Part shown: in pieces, positions 1-12,928 of the stretch | Layout: the number at the start of each line of letters is the position of its first letter | Numbering within the stretch: position 1 is the first letter of the stretch | Source of the DNA: Octopus vulgaris | Lineage: Eukaryota | Reading direction: 5' to 3' | Assembly: GCA_951406725.2 (NCBI GenBank) | Contig: OX597818.1 | Location: 3,906,001-3,970,000, forward strand | Length of the DNA: 64,000 nt | Program-made: the position numbers and the translations under genes | Notes under the pieces: generated by a model | What the model was told of the DNA's origin: nothing | What the model saw: the letters and a program-made list of their open reading frames with translations, nothing else | Databases searched by the model: none

Positions 1-160
1 CAGTATTACATGTCAAAACTGAAACAATAACATCTCTATTGTTATGAGATAATACTTTCAGTTTTAATAAGTTTCACTATTAATACTTTCACTTTCTATA
101 TATAATACTTTCATTTCTATTGCTTTCTACTATATATTTATATACATGTTTGTATATAAT

Positions 161-193
<33 letters not shown>

Positions 194-209
194 CACACGC
201 AAATATATC

Positions 210-249
<40 letters not shown>

Positions 250-445
250 TATATTTGCGTGTGTATATATATATATATATGTATATTATATACAAACATG
301 TATATAAATATATAGTGAAAGCAATAGAAATGAAAGTATTATATATAGAAAGTGAAAGTATTAATAGTGAAACTTATTAAAACTGAAAGTATTATCTCAC
401 ATAACAATAGAGATGTTATTGTTTCAGTTTTGACATGTAATACTG
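1..445. repeat. Near-perfect long palindrome (fold-back) centred on a (TA)n tract; may extend left of the window
   Basis: cagtattacatgtcaaaactgaaac (1-25) is the reverse complement of gtttcagttttgacatgtaatactg (421-445); the arms match inward to the central TA tract apart from small indels. Confidence 0.9.
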
Positions 446-634
446 AAATAATTTAAGATATAAGAGATTGCTCCAGGCTCACCTAATGCAAGAAGTTGAA
501 ATTTGTTTTGGGCCCATGAAACTGCATGGACCCTAAGTAAGTCATGTGTAAAATTTGAATGTAATCGATTGGGTAGTTCTTGAGTTTTAGTGATGTACAC
601 ATACGGACCCACAGACAGACAGATACACATTCTC
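350..634 (-). mobile_element. Non-autonomous Helitron-like 5'-terminal fragment, truncated by an RTE insertion
   Basis: Homologous to 14350-14647; carries the aaatttgaat...acagacagacag terminal motif shared with the other Helitron ends in this window. Confidence 0.55.
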
Positions 635-2091
635 CAAATCCCTTCAGGTAGATGGCTCTGCCCAATCTGTAGTAGAGGCATAGGTAGAAACTCTATAAGA
701 TGTACCCAGTGTAAGCTATGGACACATAAGAGGTGCAGTAATATCAAAGGAAGGCTAACTGGGAAGATAGTGTTTGTATGTGGCAGATGCTCGGGAGCAA
801 TAAACACTGAAAATGCACATAGAACAACTTCCGACACATTCCAGGGAGAAAAACTATAAGTAGTTGATAGTTTCTCTTACCTAGGTGACCAAGTCAGTAG
901 CAGGGGAGGGTGTGCTGAAAGTGTAGCTGCTAGAATAAGAATAGATTGGGCAAAGTTCAGAGAGCTCTTACCTCTGCTGGTGACAAAGGGCCTCTCGCTC
1001 AGAGTAAAAGGTAGACTGTGTGACACGTGTACGAACAGCCATGCTACATGGCAGTGAAACATGGGCTGTGACTGCTGAGGACATGCATAATCTCGTAAGG
1101 AATGTAGCCAGTATGATCCGATGGATGTGTAATATCAGTGTGCATACTCGACAGAGTGTAAGTACCCTGAGAGAAAAGTTGGACCTTAGAAGCATCAGAT
1201 GTGGTGTGCAAGAGAGACGACTGCACTGGTATGGTCATGTAGTGCGAAGGGATGAGGATAGCTGTGAAAAAGTGCCACACCCTAGTGATTGAGGGAACCT
1301 GTGGAAGAGGTAGACCCAGGAAGACCTGGGATGAAGTGGTGAAGCATGACCTTCGAACTTTAGGCCTCACCAAGGAAATGACCAGTGACCAAGACTTTTG
1401 GAAATATGCTGTGCTTGAGAAGACCCGGCAAGCCAAATGAGAACATAACCTCGTGGCCTATGCCAGGGGCATAACCAGCCCACTTATGCATACCTTTTCC
1501 TTCTTTAGACACTAAACTCTGCTTGCGAAGACCTGTTGAAGCAAGTGAAATCAAAATCAAATTCGATGACTGGCATCAGTGCTAGCGGGGTGCAAAAAGT
1601 ACCATACGAGTGTGATCGTTGACAAAGCAGCTAACCGGCTTCCATGCCAGTGGCACATAAAAGGGACCATTCGAGTGTGATCATTACCAGTGACGCCTTA
1701 CTGGCACTTGTGCCCATGCTAGTAGGGTGCTAAGAGCACCATCCAAGCATGATCGTTGCCAGAGCTGCTAACTGGCTTCCGTGCCAGTGGCATGTAAAAG
1801 GCACCATTCGAGCGTGATCGTTACCAGCGTTGCCTTACTGGCACCTGTGCCGGTGGCATGTGAAAAAACATTTGAGCGAAGTCGTTGCCAGTACCTGGCT
1901 CCCATGCCGGTGGCACGTAACAGCACCCACTACACTCTCGGAGTGGTTGGCGTTAGGAAGGGCATCCAGCTGTAGAAACTCTGCCAGATCAAGACTTGAG
2001 CCTGGTGCAGCCATCTAGTTCGCCAGCTCTCAGTCAAATCATCGAACCCATGCTGGCATGGAAAGCAGTCGTTAAACGATGATGATGATGA
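635..2091 (+). mobile_element. 5'-truncated RTE-clade LINE: RT C-terminal part with PHD-like finger, 3' UTR repeats, (GAT)n tail
   Basis: Frameshifted ORFs with CPICSRG..CTQCKLWTHKRC..CGRC, MLHGSETW, RRLHWYGHV and GRGRPRKTW; ends in gatgatgatg. Confidence 0.93.
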
Positions 2092-5000
2092 CTAGCTGAG
2101 ATACCCGGCATTGCACAGGATTAAAATGTCATAGTTTGTTTATAATATATTATAGTTAAGTTGAAAAAGGTGATATGGGAAAGTACAGCATTGACAACAA
2201 AACATTTGTGGAGTAAATGGTGAGCTAATTTGACTAAGCAACATAGTATGCATTCGTTTGGAGTATCTCAGGCCCCAACCTGTCATGGAAAACTGGGGAT
2301 GGGGGTTATGTGATTTTTGAACGCACCGAAAAGCTGACAGTGGATATACTCTCTTTTGCAGAAGTCTGTGCTATGTCTAACACGACCCATCATCTGAAAT
2401 TTTGATACCGCCTTCAGGTTTCATGTCCTACATCACTCAAAAAGTAAATTTAGAGGAACTGTGGTTGTTCATTTGTGGGTAACAGGGAACCAATGAGGTG
2501 ATAGACTTGCCCTTGAACTTTGACATCGGCGTAAATTCATATTTAAGTATCTTCTTAGATGCAGTAAACAATGTAATTTGAAATGCAGAGTTGTATTGTC
2601 TGATACTGTTCAGAAAATCCTTTGACTGGATGTAAGTGGCTTCTACAAGATCCATGCCTGAGCAGCATGTGCCATTTGTTTCATTTGAAAATTTTAAAGC
2701 TCTACAGAAACGACAATTTGTGTTTATCACACCAATTTGGACAGAGTCATCATTTTTATAAGAATGGGATGGATATCTGAAAGCAGCTCCAGGAGTTGTG
2801 AAGAATGAATTTGTACATAGTCTGTTTCTGAGAGCTATTCTATTGAACCTCTGTCTAGTCATCAAAACATTGATTTAATGATCCAGCATTAAGTTCTGTA
2901 GCATGCATTTGCTAATCTTGGGAAAGTCTCATCTCACTTCTCTCTTGAGACTTCATCTGATGTACTGCAGCATCCCTTTGCTGATCTTGAGAAAATCTCA
3001 TCTCACTTCTCTCTTCAGACTCTCGCCTTCGGTTTTCTACAATCCTCCTTGCTTTATACTTGTTTCTGGAGAGATTATGTATTTTCTGTGGTGGCATATT
3101 TCTTTAAATATTGTAAGCAAAAAATTATGAACATAGAAAAAAATTACACATTGATCCCTATTTTTGTAAGCAGTTGTATGTATGTAGTATGTTTTTATAT
3201 TTGTATGCAGTATAAATTAACCAAAGAGAAGTGCATGTATGAACTGCTAATTTAACAGTAAATGCCACACACATATATATATATATATATATATTAAGCA
3301 CATGTATTAAATGTTAATTTAAGGGTAAATATGTAATTGTAAATACCTTGCAACTGCTGTGATAATGACTAACTGGTAACTGAACGGTAAATGTGTATTT
3401 TTATATACCTTGGACCTGCCACCTAATTGTTTTTTGTCAAGAGTTTCACTTCCAGCCATTCATTATGTCAGTCAACACATAGACTGACACACCATTCTGC
3501 TGTGGTGGCCGTAAAGACAGAAAGTTGCCGATGTGTAATGTTGTTCACATTAGGATGTAAATTATTCATTTATTTCAAATATAATAGAAGTAAGATGATC
3601 TTAACCCTTTCGTTACCAAACTGCCCAAAGCCGCCCCAAAAAAATTTTGGTTAATGTGACCAAACCACCCAAAGCCGCCCGAATTTACCTATTCATATTT
3701 AAATGAGAATATCAGAGCAAATCTCTTTAGTACATTTGTGAAAACACGTGATTATACTTCGTAAACAGTTCATCTACAGTTTTGTACAACGATTGACGTG
3801 TAATTTTAATTCCCTGAATTTTGGGAGATTTTTTTTCCACATTTTTTTCGGCATCGATTTTTCTTCAACTTTGAAAATGGATTGGAGTTTCATGTTATCA
3901 AGCATTGATTCCTAATTGGAAAATTTGTGAAGCAAATACTGGGTACTGTTGTGGATTTAGTTTTTATACAGGGAAACTAATGTTAGTCAGCATGGCTTAG
4001 GGTATGATGTGGTCTGGAAGTTATTGTTTGAAGCGATCAATGCGGAAACAAACTTACGCAAAATGTAAACAAACACAAAATGGGGGTTCAAATTTCGGAA
4101 ATTTGTGAAACAAATACTGGGTACTGCGTGGATTTAGTTTTTATACAGGGAAAATAATGTTAGTCAGCATGGCTTAGGGTACGATGTGGTCTGGAATTTA
4201 TCACTTCCATACCATAACCAGGGCCGTATATTATTTTTTGACCGATTTCTTTAGTTCGGTCAAACTTGCGGTGGATTCCAGTATTTCACTTTATTCCACC
4301 TTTATGGTACACCTGTTGTGCATTAAATTCAACTAATGATATAGTGATGTGCACAATTCTTCTTTTTCAAAATTTTGTTGCATACCCATTTGAATATTAG
4401 CTGATGATTCATTTTCTATGGTGATGTTTAAACAAAATTTAAATATTTTTACCTTTTGCTCAATTTAAAATTTTAATATTTTTACCTTTTGCTCAATTTA
4501 CCTGGATTTACCTGTAATTAAAGTCACTTTGAGACAAAAGTTATGCAATAGAATTGATTAAGAACCCTTTCTTTAATTATGTTCCAAATATCACATTAAT
4601 ATGTTGATAAGTAAAAAAGTTACAGTTATTTAATGAAACAAGCCTAGATTCATGATTATTTTAGAATTTAACTGAAACTCATGAGGGGTGTATTTTGGTC
4701 AGAAATATAGTAATGAAAGGGTTAATGTTATCACATTAGAATTAAAAGTGAAAGAATGAAAGTGAAACAATATTATGGGGGCAACCCAATTTTCGAATGC
4801 ATAAAGAACATACACATACACGTGCACACACACACACAAACTCTCACTCTCACTCTCTCTCTCTCTCTCTCTCTCTTAGAACATAGATAAGGTATGAAAT
4901 AATAGCATTTTTCTGTCATCCGCTATCCCTGTCTTTCATCTTCTATAGAAACTTGTTTTCTGTCTCCACATGAAATGGACGTGTGTGTGTGTATGTGTGT

Positions 5001-5407
5001 GTGTGTGTGCATGCACGTGTGTGTGAGAGAAAGAGTGAGTGAGTGAAGGTGTGTGTCATGATAATTGATATCGTTGAAAGTACACACATATAGAAAATGT
5101 GACGTCATCGTTGTATAAAATGTTTACGGTAGTTGATTTATGGAAAACATTCTAATGTTAAATTTTTGAAATGCAAATATGTGAAGGACAATGAAGTGTA
5201 ATTTGTAGCTGAAATAGTACTGAATCTTTTGATCCCCCATACGTCAAAATTAGTAACTTGGTTTTGGAATGCATATATATAGGGCAGACTTCTTTCGAAT
5301 TTGAAGTAAGGCATGTGTAAAATTTGGTGAAATTCGGTTGAAAATTGTAGGAGTAGAAGTGGTTCACACAACACACAGACAGACAACTTGCTTTTTAATT
5401 TATATGA
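2092..5407 (-). mobile_element. Internally deleted Helitron carrying a RepHel N-terminal remnant (2437-2865)
   Basis: Minus strand starts TC(ATATAAATT) at 5407 and ends with a hairpin plus CTAG at 2095-2092, between A and T; ORF has CRFCRALKF..E..TCCSG and FLNSIRQYNSAF, typical of Helitron Rep N-termini. Confidence 0.8.
3605..4721 (+). mobile_element. Non-autonomous piggyBac element nested in the Helitron
   Basis: TTAA on both sides; TIRs CCCTTTCGTTAC / GTAATGAAAGGG; ends homologous to 49935-50984; internal ~180-bp direct duplication at ~3920-4200. Confidence 0.9.
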
Positions 5408-5410
5408 TAT

Positions 5411-6826
5411 ATTGTTACGAAAATTTAACCTTTTAAGGCTACTTTCAAGCCTTCGCCATAACTTGATTTATCTTTCTATCTCTCTCTCTACAAAATTTAA
5501 CCTTAGGCTAGGCTACCTCAAGCCGTAATCCCATCTCTTCCCATCTCTTCCCATCTTTCAGCCATTGGCGGTCTTTTTTCCTCCTCTTACCATTACGATT
5601 CTACAATTTAAATTCCCAATTCAACTAACTTACTTCTTCAATTTCAACTCCCGATCGATGTCCGCAGCAAGTTCTTTAAAAATTTATCTTAATATTTCTA
5701 TTCGTTGTTACTACGTTTATTCATACATTGTTACGAAAATTTAACCTTTTAAGGCTACTTTCAAGCCTTCGCCATAACTTGATTTATCTTTCTATCTCTC
5801 TCTCTACAAAATTTAACCTTAGGCTAGGCTACCTCAAGCCGTAATCCCATCTCTTCCCATCTCTTCCCATCTTTCAGCCATTGGCGGTCTTTTTTCCTCC
5901 TCTTACCATTACGATTCTACAATTTAAATTCCCAATTCAACTAACTTACTTCTTCAATTTCAACTCCCGATCGATGTCCGCAGCAAGTTCTTTAAAAATT
6001 TATCTTAATATTTCTATTCGTTGTTACTACGTTTATTCATACATTGTTACGAAAATTTAACCTTTTAAGGCTACTTTCAAGCCTTCGCCATAACTTGATT
6101 TATCTTTCTATCTCTCTCTCTACAAAATTTAACCTTAGGCTAGGCTACCTCAAGCCGTAATCCCATCTCTTCCCATCTCTTCCCATCTTTCAGCCATTGG
6201 CGGTCTTTTTTCCTCCTCTTACCATTACGATTCTACAATTTAAATTCCCAATTCAACTAACTTACTTCTTCAATTTCAACTCCCGATCGATGTCCGCAGC
6301 AAGTTCTTTAAAAATTTATCTTAATATTTCTATTCGTTGTTACTACGTTTATTCATACATTGTTACGAAAATTTAACCTTTTAAGGCTACTTTCAAGCCT
6401 TCGCCATAACTTGATTTATCTTTCTATCTCTCTCTCTACAAAATTTAACCTTAGGCTAGGCTACCTCAAGCCGTAATCCCATCTCTTCCCATCTCTTCCC
6501 ATCTTTCAGCCATTGGCGGTCTTTTTTCCTCCTCTTACCATTACGATTCTACAATTTAAATTCCCAATTCAACTAACTTACTTCTTCAATTTCAACTCCC
6601 GATCGATGTCCGCAGCAAGTTCTTTAAAAATTTATCTTAATATTTCTATTCGTTGTTACTACGTTTATTCATACATTGTTACGAAAATTTAACCTTTTAA
6701 GGCTACTTTCAAGCCTTCGCCATAACTTGATTTATCTTTCTATCTCTCTCTCTACAAAATTTAACCTTAGGCTAGGCTACCTCAAGCCGTAATCCCATCT
6801 CTTCCCATCTTTCAGCCATTGGCGGT
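5411..6826 (+). repeat. Tandem array of a 316-bp monomer (4 full copies plus about half), forming the 5' end of an RTE-derived element
   Basis: attgttacgaaaattt recurs at 5411, 5727, 6043, 6359 and 6675; homologous to the 364-bp array at 25224-26803 (minus). Confidence 0.95.
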
Positions 6827-7801
6827 GCGCCCGCCCCCCCACCCCCACCACCAATACCGATGAACACTGTTCTCACCCCCACCACCAATACCGGTGAACA
6901 CTGTTCTCACCGCCAACACCACCAATACTGGTGAACACTGTTCCTCACCCCCCACCACCAATACCAGTATACCCTGTCCTCACCATCTACACCGGATACG
7001 CCTTACTCATCTACACCGGGTACGCCCTACTCCCTCCTCCTCCCCCACTACCCCTTCTCCTCATATGCTTTCACTGTGAAAAGACACGCTGCTAGCGCCA
7101 TAGCTCATCAACTGCCCACCGATCTTACGCTTCCTCCTGACACTGCTTCATTCCGACTATCCCCCTTTAGCACCCTCCCGCCTCGTAATATCCTACGTTT
7201 TTATTTCTTAGGAACCTACACCAACCCTTCCTGCCATCGTTCCTCCTTACCCCAACCTTCCCCACTGGTTGCTCCCCTATATTACCCACCTCAACTGGAC
7301 CCCCCCTCCCCAACTCAACTCTAGAATATCTGTATTCTTTCCTCTACCTAATAACGTTACTCAGTGACGATAACGAATGTCTTTATTTCTTAGGAACCTA
7401 CACCAACCCTTCCTTACTCAGTGACGATAAATGCTGTGACTACAAAGACCCGGGCTGCTTTCTGCAGCAATTCCACATACCCCCTACTCATTCTAAGTAC
7501 CCCGGATCCCCAAAGTACCCTGGATCCCCAAAGTACCCCGGACCTCGTTGCCCCCGTGCCGCTGACACGTTAAAATGCTCGAACCGATCGTGACGATGCC
7601 GGACCCTCCGGCCCCTGTGCAGGTGGCACGTAAAAAGCACCCAATCCACTCACGGAGTGGTTGGCGTTAGGAAGGGCATCCAGCCGTAGAAACTCTGCCA
7701 GATTCAGACTGGAGCCTGGTGCGGCCCCTGGCTTCCCAGACCCGGTCAAACCGTCCAACCCGTGCTAGCGCGGAAAGCGGACGTTAAACGATGATGATGA
7801 T
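5411..7801 (+). mobile_element. ORF-less, internally deleted (5'+3' bipartite) derivative of the RTE LINE at 21117-26803
   Basis: 6827-7381 matches the 5' UTR at 25223-24646 (minus); 7431-7801 matches the ORF end, 3' UTR and (GAT)n tail at 21502-21117 (minus); EN and RT coding regions are absent. Confidence 0.92.
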
Positions 7802-8314
7802 ATACATATATATAAAGAGTTCAACAGAAAACACAAGGAGAAAAAGTTAGTAGATGAAAGGAGAGCAAATGGAAAACTAGACTAAAACCTAACAGACAGG
7901 AAATTTAGGCAAAGACACAATACACAGAATATTCACAGCTGATTTTTCTTTATCAATCAATGACCCAAAATATCATAGTGATTTTGCACCATTTAACATG
8001 AGACCACTCAATTTTGGAGACACCAGTGCTTTTATTAAGCAATGGGAAAAAGCTAGCAAATGTATGCTAAGACAGAGATAAAACAACACACAAAGAATTA
8101 TGCATGAAGCATGAAAAGCCTTATGGCTATATACAACAGAAGAAAAAGAATAATTATACATGTACCACAAATACAACAGAAAGAGCTTTGCAGCTACTGA
8201 ACAAACTTAATGGGGTGGCACAAAGATCAAATGGAGAGAGTCGAATATATATATATATTTATATATATACACAGACACACATAGATATAGATATATATTT
8301 ATTTTCTCACTTCA

Positions 8315-8464
8315 TTTTCTCTCCTTATTTCTTTCTGTGTTCCTTTCTGTGAAGGAGCGTAGGCTCAAAACGTTAAAGACTTTTTCTCTTCCCGAGCGTT
8401 GAACTAATACATCTGTTAGTTGTCTACACCACATGTCTTCATCTTTTGCTTTTATGTGAATCCT

Positions 8465-8468
<4 letters not shown>
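8315..8468 (+). mobile_element. Short repeat with a hammerhead-like motif (probable Penelope-type terminal repeat fragment)
   Basis: Homologous to 45140-45291; contains ctttctgtgaaggagcgtaggctcaaaacgttaaag; runs into (TA)n. Confidence 0.45.
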
Positions 8469-8501
<33 letters not shown>

Positions 8502-8511
8502 CATGTATATG

Positions 8512-8559
<48 letters not shown>

Positions 8560-8562
8560 ATG

Positions 8563-8597
<35 letters not shown>

Positions 8598-8599
<2 letters not shown>

Positions 8600-9326
8600 C
8601 AATAATAATTCTCTAAATGAGATATAGACAGTAACTGCTCCATAACATAAGGGACTAAAGCCATCTGAATATGGCTAGGGACAGGGCAGGGTGGTGGGGG
8701 TGTTACTGTTGCATTTAGCCCCAGGCGAACATCAACGTCGCCAGATAGGCTTGACACCATCACGGCGTCCTCTATCCTGCAAAGGGAGATAATTCCCCGA
8801 TGAAGCGGAAACCACACACGGACCTAGGTTTCAAGGTGTTTGCCTATTATCAACGTATGGTAGGCTCCGCTTCCTCGACGAACAACTCACTCTGCAGGAT
8901 ATTTATATATAGATTTTCAAGCAAAATACATTTGCTGATTTCGAAAATCTGTTCGACAGCAATAATAATTCTCTAAATGAGATATAGACAGTAACTGCTC
9001 CATAACATAAGGGACTAAAGCCATCTGAATATGGCTAGGGACAGGGCAGGGTGGTGGGGGTGTTACTGTTGCATTTAGCCCTAGGCGAACATCAACGTCG
9101 CCAGATAGGCTTGACACCATCACGGCGTCCTCTATCCTGCAAAGGGAGATAATTCCCCGATGAAGCAGAAACCACACACGGACCTAGGTTTCAAGGTGTT
9201 TGCCTATTATCAACGTATGGTAGGCACCGCTTCCTCGACGAACAACTCACTCTGCAGGATATTTATATACGTTGATAATAGGCAAACACCTTGAAACCTA
9301 TCTCCGTGTGTGGTTTCCGCTTCATA
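8598..9326. repeat. Direct duplication with 360-bp period plus a ~58-bp inverted partial copy
   Basis: agcaataataattctctaaatgag at 8598 and 8958; 9268-9326 is the reverse complement of atgaagcggaaacc...tatcaacgta. Confidence 0.9.
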
Positions 9327-9329
9327 CGT

Positions 9330-9445
9330 GGCACTAGCACAAGCAAGGTTAGTAGTTTTGTCATGATTTTTACAGCTGGATGCCCTTCCAAATGCCAACC
9401 ACTTTACAGTGTGGACTGGAAGCTTTTTACATGGCACCAGCACTG
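9330..9445 (-). mobile_element. RTE 3' UTR-like fragment
   Basis: Reverse complement of the tggttggc..ggaagggcatccagctgtaaaa motif found in all RTE 3' UTRs in the window. Confidence 0.6.
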
Positions 9446-9533
9446 GTAGGGTGAAATTTGGTGCAAATCGGTTGTAAAATGTAGAAATGCATAGTTACAC
9501 AGACAGACAGACAAACATCTTCTGTATTATATA

Positions 9534-11273
9534 CTAGCAAAGTTATCCAGCATTGCCCGTGTTACATGCAATTGAAGAATTAGACTTTTCTGTTATATTT
9601 TCTGTAATGAACTGGAATATCTATGTTTCGAATTTCATCAAAATTGCAGATGAGGGTTATTTCCCTCTTTACACACCTTAAAAAACTGTAATCGTGCCAC
9701 ATGTATCCCATACTACTGATTTTTATGCGCATATTCCAAAATTCCAGTCTTATAGAACCTGTTAAAAGGATTTTGCTCCTGAAAAATGGAGGTTATGGAG
9801 CTCTAAAATGTGACAGTTAAGGCTCCTATTGGGAGTGGGCATCTTAACACTTTTGTTACCAACCCGGCCAAAACCGGCTCTGGCTCTGTAGTATAAATGT
9901 CTTGTTTTCATAAGTTTTGAATTAAAATATTCCACCAAGCCTTAGTCACAATTTATGTTCCAAACACTATCTGAATGATAACTAAGTTATTTTACTAAAT
10001 TCTTTGTTATATTTAAAATAATTGAAAGAAACACAGAGCATCTCAAAATAAATACAGTAACAAAAGGGTTAAAGTCAACTAGAGAAGTTGAATTGTTGAG
10101 AATCTTTTTATATCTATTGTTTGAATTTCTTTGAAATAGGAAATATATGTTCACTGGGTTTGTAAAAGAGAGAATAGCTACACGAAACCAAAAGACGAAT
10201 GATCACAATAAGCAGTCAGCTACAGTACCCTAGTCGTTACCAATCCCAATGTAGTATTCCTCACCATCCAGGTGACAGGCACAGCCGTAAGACGCATTAT
10301 GAATTTATAGCAATTGGAAGGGCGTGACCCAACTGAAATAAACATTAACAACAGTGTGACGTGACGGCTAACGAGAAATGAAAGTGTCACCTCTGGAGTT
10401 TGCAAATAACGACTATACTGATACGTAACTGGACAGAATAAATTTACAATCTATAAATGTCTTTTCATAACCAGTCACTCATCTGGGAAGGCCTTGAAAT
10501 CAATGATACATCTGGGGACTATGTGTGACCCAGTGATAATAAAAAGACTGAAAGGAGGTCTGCAATCAAATAACTTTACTCAACACTTTGCAACTGAATC
10601 AATGGAAGCAAAGATACCTCTCATTTACTTGACAATTTATCCAGCACATTGCAGAAATCATAATCTAAGTGTATGTCAAAGCAAACACTTACACTGGTGT
10701 ACTATTGAATTACAAATAATGCTGGAGGGGTCTTTCTGACTTGTAAGAAGATGAAATTTTATAAATATTACTTCATTTGTGTCTAATATCTATGGTTAAA
10801 ATTTCATCAACAGCAAAAATATATGAATTGTCATGGGGGTTATGGCCCTTATGCATAGAATATAATTCCCAAATTTCCTAAAGATCCATTCAGTACTTTT
10901 GACCTAGTTTTGGATCATAAAAGAAATGACTAAAATTTGGGAGTTAAGGCCCCCATTAGGGTGTCTTAGAATCCTCATGTGAAGTGGAAACTTTGAGAAT
11001 ACTTCTTGATGTGTGTCAATTACCCATAGTTGAAATTTCATCAACATCAAAAATTTATGCATTATACCCTCTCTTATGCATTGAATCTAAGTTTCAAATA
11101 TTAAAAGGATCCATTCAGTAATTTTGGTCCATGAAATTGTATGAAACACACAGCATTACCCTTCTCTGTAGGCTTGGATTTTGTGTTCCAAATTTCATTA
11201 TGATAGGTGCAGCAGTTTTCAAATGTATAAGTAACACACAAACACATAAAGACATTGACTTTGATATAATAGA
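9534..11273 (-). mobile_element. Non-autonomous Helitron
   Basis: Minus strand starts TCTATTATATC at 11273 and ends cgggcaatgctgg hairpin plus CTAG at 9537-9534; A|T target site. Confidence 0.7.
9848..10068. mobile_element. piggyBac-type MITE (~220 bp)
   Basis: TTAA on both sides; TIRs CACTTTTGTTAC / GTAACAAAAGGG. Confidence 0.8.
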
Positions 11274-11299
11274 TATAAATGTGCACATATACATACATG

Positions 11300-11330
<31 letters not shown>

Positions 11331-11609
11331 ATTATATATATATATATACACACACAAAGATAAATTGATAGATACAACTGAGTGGGCAAAGAAAAATATG
11401 AGACACAGCCTAGTGTTTTTTTTTTATGTGGATAAGCCTGGTACTTATTCTATTAGTTTCTTCTTGTAAAATCATAAGTTATGGGGATGTAAATAAACGA
11501 ACAGCAGTAGTGAAGCAGTGTTGAGGGCGAAACACAGAAACAAAGTCACACACACATACACTTACATATATATACAACTGATTTCTTTAAGTTTCTGTCT
11601 ACGAAATCC

Positions 11610-11647
<38 letters not shown>

Positions 11648-11649
11648 AC

Positions 11650-11719
<70 letters not shown>

Positions 11720-11757
11720 TATATATATATATATGTATGTATGTATGTATACGTATT

Positions 11758-11801
<44 letters not shown>

Positions 11802-12084
11802 CATGTGGAAGAGAGTGTAATTCAGCAGGAGGATTTAAACGACATGCAAAGGTACATGAAGCCCAGTTATAACTACAGCCGGCTATTACCAGTAAAGGTT
11901 TTAGTTGCCAATTTTGTACAAGACATTGTTGATCTTTAGCTGAGCTAAAAAGTCACATTCGATCACAGCAGCAGTAACAGTTAAGCTTCGTGCAATGGCC
12001 ATACTCTATTACGAGAGGGCAGCCATAATAATAATAATGTATGTATACACACACGCACACAAACAAATATAAATTGATAGATAG

Positions 12085-12450
12085 AACTCAGTGGGCAAAC
12101 AAAAATATGAGACACTGCCTAGTGCTTTTTTTATTTTGATAAGCCTGGTACTTATTCTATCAGTTTCTTCTTGTGAAACCAGTAAGTTATAGGGCTGTAT
12201 ATAAATGAACAGCAGTTGTGAAGCAGTGATGAGGGAGAAACACAAAGACACACACTTAGACTTACATATATACATCCATATGTATACAATTGATTTCTTT
12301 CAGTATCTGTCTACAAAATCCACTGACAAGGCTTTGGTTGGTCTGGGGCTATAGCAGAAGACACATGCCAAGTCACCACACAGTGGGACTGAACCCAGGA
12401 CCATGTGTTTTGGAATGAGGTTTGTTACCACACAACCACACCTGCACCTA
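12085..12450 (-). mobile_element. tRNA-derived SINE (duplicate at ~13410-13775, partial copy at ~11375-11605)
   Basis: Minus strand has A-box-like tggttgtgtggt and B-box-like ggttcagtccc; homologous to 44462-44615 and 45375-45500. Confidence 0.75.
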
Positions 12451-12691
12451 TGTATGTGTGTGTATGTGTGTATGGGTGTATATATGTATGCATGTATATA
12501 TGTGTACATATTACATGTACATCTATATATATATATACATCTACACATATACATGTATACATATACATCTATATCTATAGAAATACATGTGTACAAATAC
12601 ATGTATACATATACAGCTATACATATACATGTATAGATATATATCTATATATATATATACATCTATATATATACATGTATATATATACATC

Positions 12692-12724
<33 letters not shown>

Positions 12725-12928
12725 ATATATATATACATCCATATATATAGATGTATATATATATACATCCATATATATACATGTATATATACACATCCAT
12801 ATATATACATGTATATATACACATCCATATATATACATGTATCAATAATACAGTGATTGTTTCTTGTCAGGAACAAAAAGATTAGTAGGACTGCTATAGA
12901 AGTGCTCTATTGAAAGAGACAAATATAT

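Noticed and set aside
424-837. Antisense ORFs over RTE copies (also 16470-16763, 21385-21938, 23208-23637)
   Set aside because: Shadow ORFs of the RT reading frame; starts and stops are not conserved between copies
5411-6826. CRISPR-like array or free satellite
   Set aside because: Units are 316 bp and identical with no spacers, there are no cas genes, the context is eukaryotic, and the array is contiguous with a LINE 5' UTR
8865-8900. HDV-like ribozyme suggested by ttcctcg (L3-like)
   Set aside because: P3 is mismatched and I found no P1, P1.1 GG or J4/2 element
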